A stretch of DNA of 64,000 nucleotides from assembly GCA_051599415.1 (NCBI GenBank), contig AP039707.1, positions 124,001 to 188,000 of the forward strand. The letters are read 5' to 3'. A program made the position numbers and the translations under genes. Of the stretch, positions 10,401 through 21,114 are shown one piece after another. The DNA comes from Savitreella phatthalungensis. Lineage: Eukaryota. The notes under the pieces were generated by a model. That model was not told the origin of the DNA. It was given only the letters and a program-made list of their open reading frames with translations, and did no database searches. The first letter of the stretch is position 1. The number at the start of each line of letters is the position of its first letter.

Positions 10401-10633
10401 AAGCCGAGTTTGTCATAGAAGTAGTCTGTCTCTTGCTCACAAACGGCATCTGGGATCCATCCGTGCTTCTTCAGCTCGGCAGTAACGAGAGCCTTCTGTT
10501 CTAGCTTGCGCGCGAACTTGACAGGCGCGTACCCGATCGAGCCTGATCGCTGAAGCAGATGGTCTTTAGGCGTCTCTGGCGTTGCAGAGTCTGCAAAGGC
10601 AGGCAGCCGGCGTGTAGCCAGCAGTCCCGGCAT
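7454..10633 (-). CDS. GDH2: NAD-specific glutamate dehydrogenase (large fungal type)
   Basis: Motifs HLRFRDVARGGIRIV, KNKDIPEGGAKG, GPDENTA, QTGGPDGDLGSNE, EGANLF, DASTNKGGVTSSSLEVL. The first ATG is 10633; the track starts at GTG 10690. Confidence 0.95.
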   Translation of the reverse strand: MPGLLATRRLPAFADSATPETPKDHLLQRSGSIGYAPVKFARKLEQKALVTAELKKHGWIPDAVCEQETDYFYDKLGFDDQYFQYESVITIASHILSLYGAKIQALAQGDNTTDTPVRLVREAEDHAVYIDTSFPGVTDQQGPQFEGRLEERYLNATDKVFRVESFRSGCSDWGKPGQELRTYFVSECSFAVDKPEGDDVTDLAKISDKTFLEKATHNTLAIYDRMIKTVVARMGPVMDVYSIQGTKERRLVIGLPRGTCKNFFTALTDLYHYYGLQSSRKYVEQFSNGVCVMSLYLQPANTTEDSTADGALDIDAALHHLITKEASLLFCLPRNYFNDLFVRGELSLQESVYAHCVSAFVAHFLNRLGPEYTSLRQQLDPNSAVHQQLLAKIKRRLREETYTREDVYNIIREQPELVRLLYAQFAGVHFIRRSRSEGGTPDPEQQIKVDRQRLIGRPNRLGGGLQDADIQKLIHEKTNNEHELHVMMSFATFNKHVLKTNFYQPTKTAISFRLDPSFLPPEEYPEPLYGMFLVIGDEFRGTHLRFRDVARGGIRIVKSRTREAYSMNVRGLFDENYALASTQQKKNKDIPEGGAKGVILLDADKQDRGEQAFRKYIDALIDLLLEGHSPGIKDKIVDLYGKEEILFCGPDENTAGLVDWATEHARARGAPWWKSFFTGKSKRLGGIPHDAYGMTSLSVRQYVEGVYEKLGWKEEEVTKIQTGGPDGDLGSNEILLGKEKYVTIIDGAGVLHDPNGLDRSELVRLAKARQMIDAYNAPLSADGYRVLVDDVDLTLPSGEKVANGTNFRNTAHLRDFHAGNREAGSSADMFVPCGGRPEAININNVGQLIDEATGKSRLPALVEGANLFVTQDAKLALEKAGCLVYKDASTNKGGVTSSSLEVLASLSFDDAGFRTHMCVDAHTGAEPAFYRAYVASVQDIIRSNARMEFDAIEREHEATSTPRSLISNRLSEAIVKLQEEMASSSLWQDIKLRTTVLNSAFPPLLLQHIGLDTMLERIPESYVRAIFGCFLASRFVYKHGIAPSPFRIYEFISSFDTQH

Positions 10634-10693
10634 TTTCGTGAGGAACGCGTTGGAGATTGAGGTCGAGGTTGAAGAGTGCGAGCGTATCACGAG

Positions 10694-10701
10694 TATTTAT
10701 A
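10694..10701 (-). promoter_or_regulatory. TATA box (TATAAATA) of GDH2
   Basis: Consensus TATA about 60 bp upstream of ATG 10633. Confidence 0.55.
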
Positions 10702-13147
10702 GAATCTTGACTGGCAGGATGATGGCAGCGTGGCTGAGCGTGGTAGCCTTGCGTGCGTGCGTGCGTGCGTCTCAAGTGTGCTCAGGTGTTCAGGTGCTCC
10801 TGCGCTCGTGACTGTTATCGGGGTCAACAGAGGCGAGGAAGACAAGATCTCATGACCTGCCTGAGGAATGCGAGGGAGCGAGAGAGAGTGAGAAGGATCG
10901 AGTGGATGAGACTCCTGTGGATACACGAGCATGCCGTGCCGTGCAGGAGCAAGAGTGAGCCATTGTGGGATTGAGCGTCGTGATTGAGCTTGGTCGGCAA
11001 TTCCGACTCAACCATGAATCCGGTGAGCTTGAAGTGGTTGTGTAAATGTGTGGATGTGGGGGGAGCAGTGTTGCCAAGGATGGTGATTGTCAACAGTGCT
11101 TTCTGACTCAGTTGAGCTTGTTCAGAGTGTCAAGCCACTGCCGAGAACGTCGTCCTTCTGCGTCCTTGCTCAGTTACGATGGATGTATCGATTGGTAGGG
11201 AAGTGGTGGGGAATTCTTGCGTCACGTGAATCTGATCCAGTATAAATGCGGTCGATTTGATTTTGACTCTGGAATTTCCAACCTTGAGCGTTCGGTTCCA
11301 CGTACGTTTGAGCGGATGTAGTATGGCGAATGTTCGGTCTCCCACCAAAACTATTTTTGGAAACCTCCCAAAGTCATCAAGAGACGGGAACGCCCTGTCC
11401 AATTATGGAGCATTGTCAGGTAGATCCTTGTTATGAAGCTAGATCCTGCGCCTCTGATACAGTGGAAATCCGTCTCCATAACCTCTTAAAGAAGAAGAAG
11501 AAAGTCAATGCGGGAACACAAAGCCTCGTCAGGATCGATCCTCAGAGAGAAAAAGAAAGTCCATCGTACTGTAAGAGGCCATTCCTCGTCTTAGACCTCC
11601 ACAGGCAGGACACTTCTCTGGGGTTGAAGATCGAATTTCCGGTTCAATCACCGATCAAGCTTTCCAGTTGGGAGAAGGGCAGACGTGACCTCGTTTGAGG
11701 ATAAAATGATCATGTTCAATGTCAATATGAGTCACAAGAACCAGGACAAGCTTTGAGTCCCGTGATTGACACTCCGAGATCGTTTCATGCTTGTTTTCGT
11801 GGTCATTCTGGAAGAGTCCTGAATGTGGGCTCGACCCTCGTTGGGGATCGTTCACGATGCACATGTCTAGTCCAGCAGGCAGCAGTAGGCCGCAGGAGCA
11901 GCAGAAGCCAAGGAAAAGTTTCCCCATCCTAGCCGTGTGCTCTAGCATCCCTCAGATTTCTGGGTGTTGTCGTAGAAGTCTGTCTTAGCGACCTCGTGTG
12001 CATTCTCATTGTTCACCATGCCTGAGGATTGAGTGATGTCTCATTTGCTGCTCCAGCCTCATCCCCAAAATAAGCCTGGTGAGCCTGGTGCATCCTTCTG
12101 CACGATGACAACAACAACAACAAACACTAGGAAAGCGAGATGAACGGACGTGGCCAAGTTGTATGAATGCCGAGCTGTCCATCGATTGCAGTGGATGCTT
12201 TTGTCCTGGAATTCATTTGGTCTCTTAGTCCGGGGAGAGTTCGGCGAACGACCAAGGGCGATGACATTCATGCGAGAACAGCAGAAATGATCAACAGCAG
12301 AAATCATCATGCATGCTCCAAGCGAGGTCAGTTTTCTCAGTAACGTCGTTCGCCTGAGTGTCCAAGGGATGAACCTCGTTGGGTCACAACATGGGAATCT
12401 GCAACCTGCAAGAGCAGTTTGTCATGAGAGGGCGAATTATGCTTGACGCCTTGAAGAGGTTTTGCTTTCCCAGGACATAGATCTCCTGAAGAGGTAAATA
12501 TGAGCCATATCCCAACAGGTCGACTGGCCTCCTCCACATAGACTCTGAACTTACCCCTTCGCTCGACCTAGCTATCTAATGAAAGTGAGATTGAAGCTGT
12601 GTGTGAGCGCCTAGCTGAGCAGAATGTCGGAGAAAAGCACACTGAAGTACTTTGTCCAGATAGACTCATATGTTCACGCCCTTCTTCGACACGCCCTACG
12701 ATACACTGAGCTTTTAGCCAGTCGAAGATAAAAAGCTCCCGAGAGTAAAATCCCAGGCTGAAGAGATTCCTGACGATGTACTTAACTGGAAAGGGTGAAT
12801 GCGTAGTTGCTCTCTGGAGCGCGTCTTGGAGCAGCTTAGGATGAGTAACCTTCAAGGCGTAAGTGTCTTCATAGATGTCTATATAGATACACCAGGTCAA
12901 GAAGAAGAAAAGTTAAAAATTCAATGACCCAAAACAAACGGAATTCACCCATTTCAAACTGAATCCAGCCAAGCAAACCCACCAGGAAGCCAAGCAACCA
13001 GGAAGTAAGCCAAGCAAGCAGGAAGGTAACAAAGCAGGAAAGCAACGCGATCGATCGCCCTTTGCGCGACTAATCGGACGCATTCGTGTCCTGGAGACGT
13101 GTTCGTATCCATCTTCCTGTATTATTCCCATAGACTGTACCTGCCAT

Positions 13148-13340
13148 ACGCGTATTTTGTACACACATCCAGGCAAGATACAAGAACAGAGAATCAAGAG
13201 CGGCAAAGACGAAGCAGGAATCCTCGAGCGCAATATCTTCAAGTCTGATCTAAGGTGGCGACAGACTAGAAGCTGAAACACGGAAAAAAGAAGAAGGGCA
13301 GATAAGCGAGACGCGTGGTCGTGGCAAAGAAATCACGCGA
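13148..13340. promoter_or_regulatory. MCB-like elements upstream of the Wee1-family kinase
   Basis: ACGCGT at 13148 and 13311; ACGCGA at 13335. Confidence 0.45.
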
Positions 13341-13756
13341 CGTTTCAGCTTGAACGACGATTACTGTGAGAAAACAAAGGATCAGGGCTGGAAAGAAGAT
13401 TGAAGACGAGTCAGCTAAACGGTAATAAGCAATCTACCTGAGTCGCAAAGGTTTGAGATTGAAAGAGTACAAAGCAGGTTATATCGTCATCAACGTCATT
13501 ACAGGCTCTTCACAGGCCGCTCTTCAGCAAAGTCAGTAGACAAGGGCGAGCGTCAAGACGAAGACCGCGACAACCATAAGACGAAGCAGACAGCAAGATT
13601 GACAAGGGTTGAGGATTTTCAATCTCGCTTCAGCGCCTGAACAGAGTCAGCTAAGAACTGCAATATCGCTATAAAGAGTGACAGAGACAGAACTCAAATA
13701 TGATTGACGCGCATATGCTATAGCGGCAAGAGGAGAACACTCGCTCTCAGGGATTC

Positions 13757-16660
13757 ATGACTGGACACAGGAGAACAGCTTCCCTTGACAAAGCTCAGGC
13801 TTCACTACCTTACGCTAGATCGCGCGCAGGTTCATTGTCAAGAGGAACTTCAGTCGCAGCATCATCCCCATACGCGCACCTTGACCAGGAGCAAAGACCG
13901 CCGACAGCATCCGTCATTGCCTCGTCCGTATCCGGTGCAGTCGCAGGTGCATCCGGCAAAGGATTCCCCATGGCAGGTATATCACAGGCGCCTGCGTCAA
14001 AATCATCCCCACTACCACACTCGTCCCTGATACATTCATCAAACGCGTCCGCTGCAGGAACGCCGCTGCGCAATAAAGGCATGACCACCACGATGAAGCG
14101 CGAGCCTGACCTGAGACGGCCACATGGTAACGTAGGAGCGCGGCTGCGAGATGACGCGCAGGCGAGTCCCCACGCGACGCGTTCCGCAAGCAATGCTGCT
14201 GCTGCTGCTGCCGCTGCTGCAGGCGGAGGACCAAGTGCCGCCAATACCTCCGGCATGGCCATGCCATCGAACCAGGGTCCCCTCGCAGAGGTCTCGAGCG
14301 GCGCCTTCAATAGCCCTTCACCGATGAAGCGCTCAGACGCATTGCTCAACCTTGACGCGACCTCACAAGGTAGTCCGCTGAACCTGCGATCAAGACGGCT
14401 GCTGCCGCACCACACCTTGCGCAAACAGCCATCGGCAGATAACGTCCTCCCTCCACGGCATCGCGACTCACCTTTCGGCACGCCTCACGCGATTCCAAAT
14501 CCTTCCATCCACCCGCTCGCAGCCGGCACTCCTGGCGCGCGTAAGCTCTCGCGTGGACCTCACCCACTCTCAAAAGTCTCCAGCGCGACAACGTCGACTT
14601 CCACAACGACAAGTGGTACACATACACCCACAGAGTTTGTTCAGCCCTTTGCGAACCCCGTACGGATGCGCAGATCGACAGTCAGCATGGGTGACGAACT
14701 TTCTTCAAGCGCACGGCTGCACCAGCAGGCGCAGGCCCTACAATTCAATACACCGTCAGCATTGCAGTCTGTCAAGCCCTTGCAGGCGGCCTTCATGTCT
14801 ACAGGACTCCTGTCGAAGCGCAACAGACCGCTCGATCATCTGAAAGCGAGTAAGCCGACTCCAAATACGCCTTGTAAGCGGCCGACATTCGCGACGCCGG
14901 TGCCTGCATCACCCGGTACGCCGCTCGCGCCCAGCTTTACAGGTAATGGATCCGGCGCAGGCAAGGATGATAGTCAGCTAGAGGAGTACCTTTTTCTGGA
15001 GCACGAAGGAGACTCCTCCTTTCTCTACGCTTCCTCGGCAGCATCCGATCTCGACAACTTGCCACAAACTCCTACGAAAGGCTTCTTCGGCACAAATAGC
15101 AGCACACCTGCACACGGTCAGACTCCATCGCATCACCATCTGTCCACCTTGCCCCTAAATCTGATGTCTGACAAGCAGCGACCACGGCGACCAATGCTGT
15201 TCGGAAGGTCGCCTGCAGAGGACAATTATCTCTTGACATCGATCGACGAGATGCCACTCCAGGCCTCTCGTCTGAGCATCTCGACAGCGGCCGCTGCGGC
15301 CGCTGCAGCAGCAGCAGCCTCGACTACCTCCTCGCAGCAATCGCACGACAGTAGCCGCGCGAGCACGACGGCGGCTAGTTTCGGGTTTGGCCCCGCACCA
15401 GGGTCATCGCGTTCGCTAGACCTGGTCATGACCTCGCCAGACACACCAGATAGGGAGATGTCAACGACTCCTGGTCCGTTCGCAGAAACACAGATGTCTG
15501 CAAGCACAGTGATGCTTGATGAGCGGGCGGCAGAGAAAGACGCATTCATGCGCCGGAATCTCGAGTCGCGCTTCCGAAGTGTCGAACATCTCGGTAGCGG
15601 CGAGTTCAGCGAGGTGTTCACGGTCGAGGACAGGTTCATTGGTACGAAGTATGCAGTCAAGTGCAGCAAGACTGCGTCATGGACCGCACGAATGCGACAG
15701 CGGCGATCTGAAGAAGTCGCTATTCTCCAGGAGATCGGGCGGCATGAGCACATTGTCGAGCTCGCCGACAGTTGGGAGGAAAATGGCCACCTGTTTATAC
15801 AGACTGAGTACTGTGACAACGGATCACTTGACGTCTTCCTGCGCGAGGTCGGTCGAACATCGCGATTGGATGAGTTTCGCGTTTGGAAGGTTCTCACGGA
15901 ACTCGCTCTCGGCGTGGCGTACATCCACGATCGCGGTTTCCTCCACCTCGACCTGAAGCCGGCGAATATCTTCATCACGTTCGAAGGAGTGCTGAAGATT
16001 GGTGACTTCGGCATGTCTGTCGCCTATCCTGCACCTGCACACACAGAGCGAGAGGGTGACCGGGAGTACATCGCACCGGAAGTCCTGTCGTCTGGACTAT
16101 ATGACAAACCCGTGGATGTGTTCTCGCTCGGCCTGATCACACTCGAAACGGCTGCAAATATCGTGCTGCCGGACAACGGTCTATCATGGCAAAAGCTGAG
16201 GTCAGGCGACTTGTCTGACGCACCTCGGCTATCATCCTCAGACAAGGCATGTGATACGAACAACACGCATACTCTAGGTCCCGGTGTGGGCGTCATGGCC
16301 ATGTCTGGTATCAGCTCATCAACAGCGTCAGCGAGCTCCTCGACAAAGGACCCGCTCGGCTCCCGCGTCCTAGGTGCCACTTCCCACCTCCCACCACACA
16401 GATACCTGGGCACAGGCGGACTCGACCGGATCGTCAAGTGGATGCTGTCGCCAGATCCTGCAGATCGGCCGACCGCTCAGGATCTCCTCAACCTGGAAGA
16501 GATCGTCTGGTGCAATCGAGTCCGCAACGCAGGCGCAGTCATCTTCGAAGGCGACAGAGGCCCTGACGATGATGACCCTGCAGCCACAGGAGGCGTTCCT
16601 ATGGATATCCTAGGGTGTGAGGCGATCCAAGAGGACGACGACTGGCAGATGGAGATGTAA
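13757..16660 (+). CDS. WEE1: Wee1/Swe1/Mik1-family CDK-inhibitory kinase
   Basis: C-terminal kinase domain (LGSGEFSEV, YAVK, HLDLKPANIF, KIGDFG, EGDREYIAPE, LPDNGLSWQKLRSGDLSD) and the conserved AAFMSTGLLSKRNR motif. Confidence 0.93.
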   Translation: MTGHRRTASLDKAQASLPYARSRAGSLSRGTSVAASSPYAHLDQEQRPPTASVIASSVSGAVAGASGKGFPMAGISQAPASKSSPLPHSSLIHSSNASAAGTPLRNKGMTTTMKREPDLRRPHGNVGARLRDDAQASPHATRSASNAAAAAAAAAGGGPSAANTSGMAMPSNQGPLAEVSSGAFNSPSPMKRSDALLNLDATSQGSPLNLRSRRLLPHHTLRKQPSADNVLPPRHRDSPFGTPHAIPNPSIHPLAAGTPGARKLSRGPHPLSKVSSATTSTSTTTSGTHTPTEFVQPFANPVRMRRSTVSMGDELSSSARLHQQAQALQFNTPSALQSVKPLQAAFMSTGLLSKRNRPLDHLKASKPTPNTPCKRPTFATPVPASPGTPLAPSFTGNGSGAGKDDSQLEEYLFLEHEGDSSFLYASSAASDLDNLPQTPTKGFFGTNSSTPAHGQTPSHHHLSTLPLNLMSDKQRPRRPMLFGRSPAEDNYLLTSIDEMPLQASRLSISTAAAAAAAAAAASTTSSQQSHDSSRASTTAASFGFGPAPGSSRSLDLVMTSPDTPDREMSTTPGPFAETQMSASTVMLDERAAEKDAFMRRNLESRFRSVEHLGSGEFSEVFTVEDRFIGTKYAVKCSKTASWTARMRQRRSEEVAILQEIGRHEHIVELADSWEENGHLFIQTEYCDNGSLDVFLREVGRTSRLDEFRVWKVLTELALGVAYIHDRGFLHLDLKPANIFITFEGVLKIGDFGMSVAYPAPAHTEREGDREYIAPEVLSSGLYDKPVDVFSLGLITLETAANIVLPDNGLSWQKLRSGDLSDAPRLSSSDKACDTNNTHTLGPGVGVMAMSGISSSTASASSSTKDPLGSRVLGATSHLPPHRYLGTGGLDRIVKWMLSPDPADRPTAQDLLNLEEIVWCNRVRNAGAVIFEGDRGPDDDDPAATGGVPMDILGCEAIQEDDDWQMEM

Positions 16661-17150
16661 TTTGGCATGGCCCGGCCCGGTTCGTGCCGGTCCTCAACTG
16701 TCGCTCTTTGCAGTACACGAGCTTCTGCTTCTCCTATTGAGCACTTACTTGTGTGCAGTGTCCTCCCGGCACTCCACTTTTCTTTTCTACTTCTTACTCT
16801 ACTCTACTTAAGCTTAACTCCACTTAGTCTTCCAACATCATCAACAACAACAATGGACCTCTTCAGTTCCTCTGACTGCAAGCAAAGAATGTGTCTCTCT
16901 CCTGAAGCTCAAGGTGTTGCTCATTGCTACTGTGTACACTGCTCATGATGCTCATGTCTTGAATGGGTGCTTGTTGTGTACGAGTTGGAATGTGTTTGGA
17001 TTCGATCAATGTACGTCATTGCTGCACGTGAACAAATTCCACCTTTTTGTACAATGGTTACACAATGTACTATAGTCTAAAGTCTCCGAGGACATTGCAC
17101 GAGCGCTAGATCCCCTTAACAGGGCCCTTCTTGTGCAGTCGCCGAGAGCC

Positions 17151-18674
17151 ATGGGTCTCTTCAGTCGGCGGAAGCACAAGTCTGAATTAGCTGACCAGAG
17201 TAAAGCCTTTACGCGTGATGAGCCAACGCCAAACACCCCTGCCCGCAGGCGAGGAAATACAGATTCATCCTCAAAGTCACGTTCCCGCTCCGGACATAGG
17301 CATGCCCACGGCGAGAATCGAAACGATGATGAAAAGGACGCAGCGGAAAAGGCTAGAGAGGGTCATGACGGCGAGACGATCCCAAACAATCTAGACCCAG
17401 CTCGGAAGCCCGTCAACCGGCAACTCCAGTCACGCGAAGCCTTCCTACTCAACTCACTCCTTTACGGACTCGAGGTCCCGACGGGACGAACGTCGACTTG
17501 GGATCGACGGACGAAGCGCGAGCACGAGGTATTCCTTGCCTGGATATTGCGAGAGTACGAGGCTGGGACGTTGTTTGACGAGAAGAGCCGTCTGGGTACT
17601 GACGGTGTGGAGCCTCTGGAGAAGGAAGGTTTGTCTAGCCGGAAGCAGGATTCTGGGGACTTGGTCGTGACTGCGCCTATCCACGCGAGTGTGACTGGTG
17701 CGCATGATCCCGAGAGCCTGGGAGCCGGGCAGTTTGAGGGCAAGCAGTTTGCGAGTGGGGAGCCTAGCACGGAGGCGCCCAAGGAGCTCTCGGGGGAGTC
17801 CGAGAAACGTGTGCGAAAGGGCAGTGGCAGTGCCGCAGCGACGACTGCTCAGCGACACCGTGTCCCGCACCTCCAGAGACGCACCACCTTCGGCGTCAAC
17901 AACGATCTCACCTCCCACGCCCAGGAACTCGAACTCCTGCCGGACCCACAGAAGCGCAGACTCGTCGTCCAACGGCAAGGTAAAGATACTGACGCCACGG
18001 TCACCGGCGGAGGTCGTGCACACCACCGCAAACCCTTCATCCACAGATCACTCTCCAAACGCGATCGGAACGACCCGTACTCGGCGAGCGGCAACCGCGG
18101 CAGTGAAGGTCGCCGTGACGCAGACGACAGTGACGATGATGAGACTGGGTTTATTTCGCGGCAGCAGGAGAAGCTGCGTGGATTACTCCCAGGCAAGTCC
18201 TCAGATTATCCTGGTGAAGGAAGCGGTGGTGACGATGCGATGCGTCAGACGCATCCCGGGTACAGCGGAGGTGGCAGGGGCAAAGGCAAGGAGCCCCAGC
18301 GGAACAAGAGCAACCAGACCATGCCAGATCCTGCGGAAAACCCATCTCGTAGACAGGACGCGCTAGCAATGCACGAGCGCTGGGGTGAAGGTGGGTCAAA
18401 GGCCCTGGAGAGACATGCACAAGAAGCTCGCAATACCGGGAGTGATGAGGCCGATCCAGGGTACATCGGTCACGCCGACGTCGCCAGACCTGACCTCGGG
18501 AAACCCCGCGGAGCAGATCCAGAGGAGCCAGCTCACCGGTACGAGGTCCACGATCCGACAGCCAAAGACAGAATCAAAGGCGCCACAGACTACCTCGAGG
18601 GCAAGGCGAGATTTGACCAGGACATTGTCTCCAAGGCAAAAGCCGAGTTCCGAGGAGAGACATCCGACAGGTGA
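17151..18674 (+). CDS. Hypothetical hydrophilic protein with a CsbD-like C-terminal motif
   Basis: ~507-codon ORF from the first ATG (MGLFSRR). The C-terminal PTAKDRIKGATDYLEGKARFDQDIVSKAK resembles fungal CsbD/stress motifs. Confidence 0.65.
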   Translation: MGLFSRRKHKSELADQSKAFTRDEPTPNTPARRRGNTDSSSKSRSRSGHRHAHGENRNDDEKDAAEKAREGHDGETIPNNLDPARKPVNRQLQSREAFLLNSLLYGLEVPTGRTSTWDRRTKREHEVFLAWILREYEAGTLFDEKSRLGTDGVEPLEKEGLSSRKQDSGDLVVTAPIHASVTGAHDPESLGAGQFEGKQFASGEPSTEAPKELSGESEKRVRKGSGSAAATTAQRHRVPHLQRRTTFGVNNDLTSHAQELELLPDPQKRRLVVQRQGKDTDATVTGGGRAHHRKPFIHRSLSKRDRNDPYSASGNRGSEGRRDADDSDDDETGFISRQQEKLRGLLPGKSSDYPGEGSGGDDAMRQTHPGYSGGGRGKGKEPQRNKSNQTMPDPAENPSRRQDALAMHERWGEGGSKALERHAQEARNTGSDEADPGYIGHADVARPDLGKPRGADPEEPAHRYEVHDPTAKDRIKGATDYLEGKARFDQDIVSKAKAEFRGETSDR

Positions 18675-18762
18675 GAACATATCAAAGCCCAGAGTAGTCA
18701 CATCTCCAGAATGTACAGGATATCTTATTCAAAGCTCATGAAGGACTGTTCGTCTGCTTGTC

Positions 18763-19674
18763 CTACAGCTTCTCCCCAGACTGTTTGCGCGCGAGTCGTT
18801 CTCTGATTGCGGTAGAGCTGAGTTTATCGAGCGCCATGACTTTCGCATGATCTTCGTCCTTCTGACCATCAGTCTTTGTGAGTGGCCCGTCTGCGCCGAC
18901 GACCTGGACGAACCAGATATCGAGCTGAGGGAGTCCCCGACGAGCTCTTTCCTCATTCACGCTCACACTTCCCTTCCTGGTCTCCTCGGACGCCACTAGT
19001 GCCTGGATCCCAGCCTCTCTCCCCGTTGGCCCATAGATATCCTCAATCACCTCCGTCGTCACAGCCACCGCTCGTCTGAACTTGCCTGCGAACGTCGTCA
19101 CCCCACGGGCCCTCACCTCCCCTGACTCCAACAACCCTGCATGCTTCTTGTTCACCAGCAGCTTATCCCCAGTCACCCCACACACTCCCCTTTCCTTCGT
19201 CAGGAGGAGCCAGCCGGAGAGGAGGAGCTTGTGTCCGATGTGGAGGTGGTCGAAGGTGCCTCCGACTGCTGTGTACGCGTACCCTCCAGGGATATCCACG
19301 TCACTCACGCCCAGGACGCCTCTGACGTACACGTCGTGGAGGGCGTCTGCACCTGGGGTGACGACGATCTCCGAGTATACGGTCGACGGGTACACCACCC
19401 CGAAATCGTACCCGCACAACTCGCGCACCACAACGTCCACCTCGCACCCCTCGCCTGCACCAGCTGCACCGCTCATGTACACCGCGCTCAGCAGCGACTC
19501 GACCTTGCGGAAGTCATTGCGTACGTTGAACGCGGGTGATGCGAAGGCGGTTGAGGAGATGAGGATATCGATTGATAGGGCGGTCGACTTGGCTGGGTGT
19601 GAGCGGATGGCTTTGGCGACTGCTGGCGGGAGAGTGAGGTCTTCGAGAGACACGAGGAATAGGAGCGTGGTCAT
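18763..19674 (-). CDS. CAB4: Phosphopantetheine adenylyltransferase (CoA biosynthesis)
   Basis: AVGGTFDHLHIGHKLLL (HIGH motif), DIYGPT, LVASEET, VNEER, KLSSTAIRE. Confidence 0.9.
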   Translation of the reverse strand: MTTLLFLVSLEDLTLPPAVAKAIRSHPAKSTALSIDILISSTAFASPAFNVRNDFRKVESLLSAVYMSGAAGAGEGCEVDVVVRELCGYDFGVVYPSTVYSEIVVTPGADALHDVYVRGVLGVSDVDIPGGYAYTAVGGTFDHLHIGHKLLLSGWLLLTKERGVCGVTGDKLLVNKKHAGLLESGEVRARGVTTFAGKFRRAVAVTTEVIEDIYGPTGREAGIQALVASEETRKGSVSVNEERARRGLPQLDIWFVQVVGADGPLTKTDGQKDEDHAKVMALDKLSSTAIRERLARKQSGEKL

Positions 19675-19800
19675 GGTGTCGACGATCCTAGACGGTGGCC
19701 TGCTGCTGCTCTTGTACGATGCTGGATGTGAGAGAATGGTTACACCTGTGTGGAGCCGGCGCACCTAATCTCTTTTTTTTTTGAACTTGTACAAGGGTCG

Positions 19801-19821
19801 ACGCGACGAGACGAGACGCGT
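19801..19821. promoter_or_regulatory. Tandem MCB-like elements in the CAB4/DCD1 divergent promoter
   Basis: ACGCGA at 19801 and ACGCGT at 19816, next to a poly-T tract at ~19773-19782. Confidence 0.55.
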
Positions 19822-19890
19822 CCTTCCCACTCAATCATCCACAGTCCCATCCTCCATGACACAGCTATAGTTACCACGCCCAAACACACC

Positions 19891-20997
19891 ATGCCAATCA
19901 TCTGTATCACCGGACAGAGGTGTGCAGGCAAGCACGCCGTCGCCGACTGGCTCTGTGCGACCCAAGGTTTCCGGCGCGTGACGGTTGTGGAGCGGGAGCT
20001 CCTTTCTGGGGAGGCGACTGACGATGATGAGGACGAGGGGGTGGGTGATGGTGTGATTGAGGTGGAGGGATGGGGTGGATTGGTTGAGTTTGCTACGCGT
20101 CACTGGCGGATGCGATTGGTTTGCGTGGATGTGATGGGGTTGGACACTTACGAGGTTTTGTCGAAACGGCCGTTCTTCTTGCTCGTGAGTGTGGAGAGTG
20201 GTATGCTGATGCGGTACGCTCGCTGGAGGAGGGGCCGGCCGGTGGAGGAGGGGCTTGGATTGGACCACTTTGTGAATATCTCAGACGAGGACTTCTACGG
20301 CACCACCACCGCCACCACCCACACCCCAAATCGCCCGCCACCCCTCCAACACATCGACTCCACCACCTCCATCACAGACACCCCTACGCCAACAAAGGTC
20401 GTCGGCCCGCGTCCGGGACCGCGAGCACTGCTGGACTACAAGGCGAGTATACGGGTGATCAACACGTTTGATACGCTTGATGGGTTAGGGCGACACTTGG
20501 ACACGCTTGATTTGTGCAGTGAGTTGAGGTTGCGGCCTTCTTGGGACGCTTACTTCATGTCGCTTGCGTCGCTTGCGAGCTTGCGGAGCAATTGCATGAA
20601 GCGGCGTGTAGGCTGTGTGCTTGTGCGAGAGAATCGGGTGGTGGCGACCGGGTACAATGGGACACCCCGAGGGGTGACGAACTGTAACGAGGGAGGGTGT
20701 GAGAGGTGCAATAGCGGGACGGCCGGCGGTGTCGGCTTGGGTACGTGTTTGTGCCTGCATGCTGAGGAGAACGCGCTGTTGGAGGCCGGCAGGGAACGGA
20801 TCAGCGGTGGAGGCGGTGGAAAAGTCAAGTTGTACTGCAATACGTGTCCTTGCTTGACTTGTTCAGTCAAGATCGCACAGGTGGGCGTGGACGAAGTCGT
20901 CTACAACATGGCATACTCAATGGACGCAGCCACAGCCAAGTTACTCAGAAGTGCAGGCGTCGGTCTACGACAGTACAGCCCGCCGTACGAACGGTAG
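19891..20997 (+). CDS. DCD1: dCMP deaminase with an N-terminal P-loop-like domain
   Basis: RPSWDAYFM, RSNCMKRRVGC, TGYNGTP, CLHAEENAL, PCLTC zinc motifs; N-terminal ITGQRCAGKH. Confidence 0.95.
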   Translation: MPIICITGQRCAGKHAVADWLCATQGFRRVTVVERELLSGEATDDDEDEGVGDGVIEVEGWGGLVEFATRHWRMRLVCVDVMGLDTYEVLSKRPFFLLVSVESGMLMRYARWRRGRPVEEGLGLDHFVNISDEDFYGTTTATTHTPNRPPPLQHIDSTTSITDTPTPTKVVGPRPGPRALLDYKASIRVINTFDTLDGLGRHLDTLDLCSELRLRPSWDAYFMSLASLASLRSNCMKRRVGCVLVRENRVVATGYNGTPRGVTNCNEGGCERCNSGTAGGVGLGTCLCLHAEENALLEAGRERISGGGGGKVKLYCNTCPCLTCSVKIAQVGVDEVVYNMAYSMDAATAKLLRSAGVGLRQYSPPYER

Positions 20998-21114
20998 CAT
21001 CGCGTAGACGTACAGCATATAGACGCATTGGAATGTCACGATCATGGTCATAGTCATGGACATAAGCATATAATCAAAGGGCTAGGGCTCCTTTGGAAAG
21101 GCGGCACTCTATAG

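Noticed and set aside
10687..10932. 81-aa ORF upstream of GDH2 as a uORF
   Set aside because: It starts upstream of the apparent TATA box (10694-10701), so it is probably not on the mRNA.
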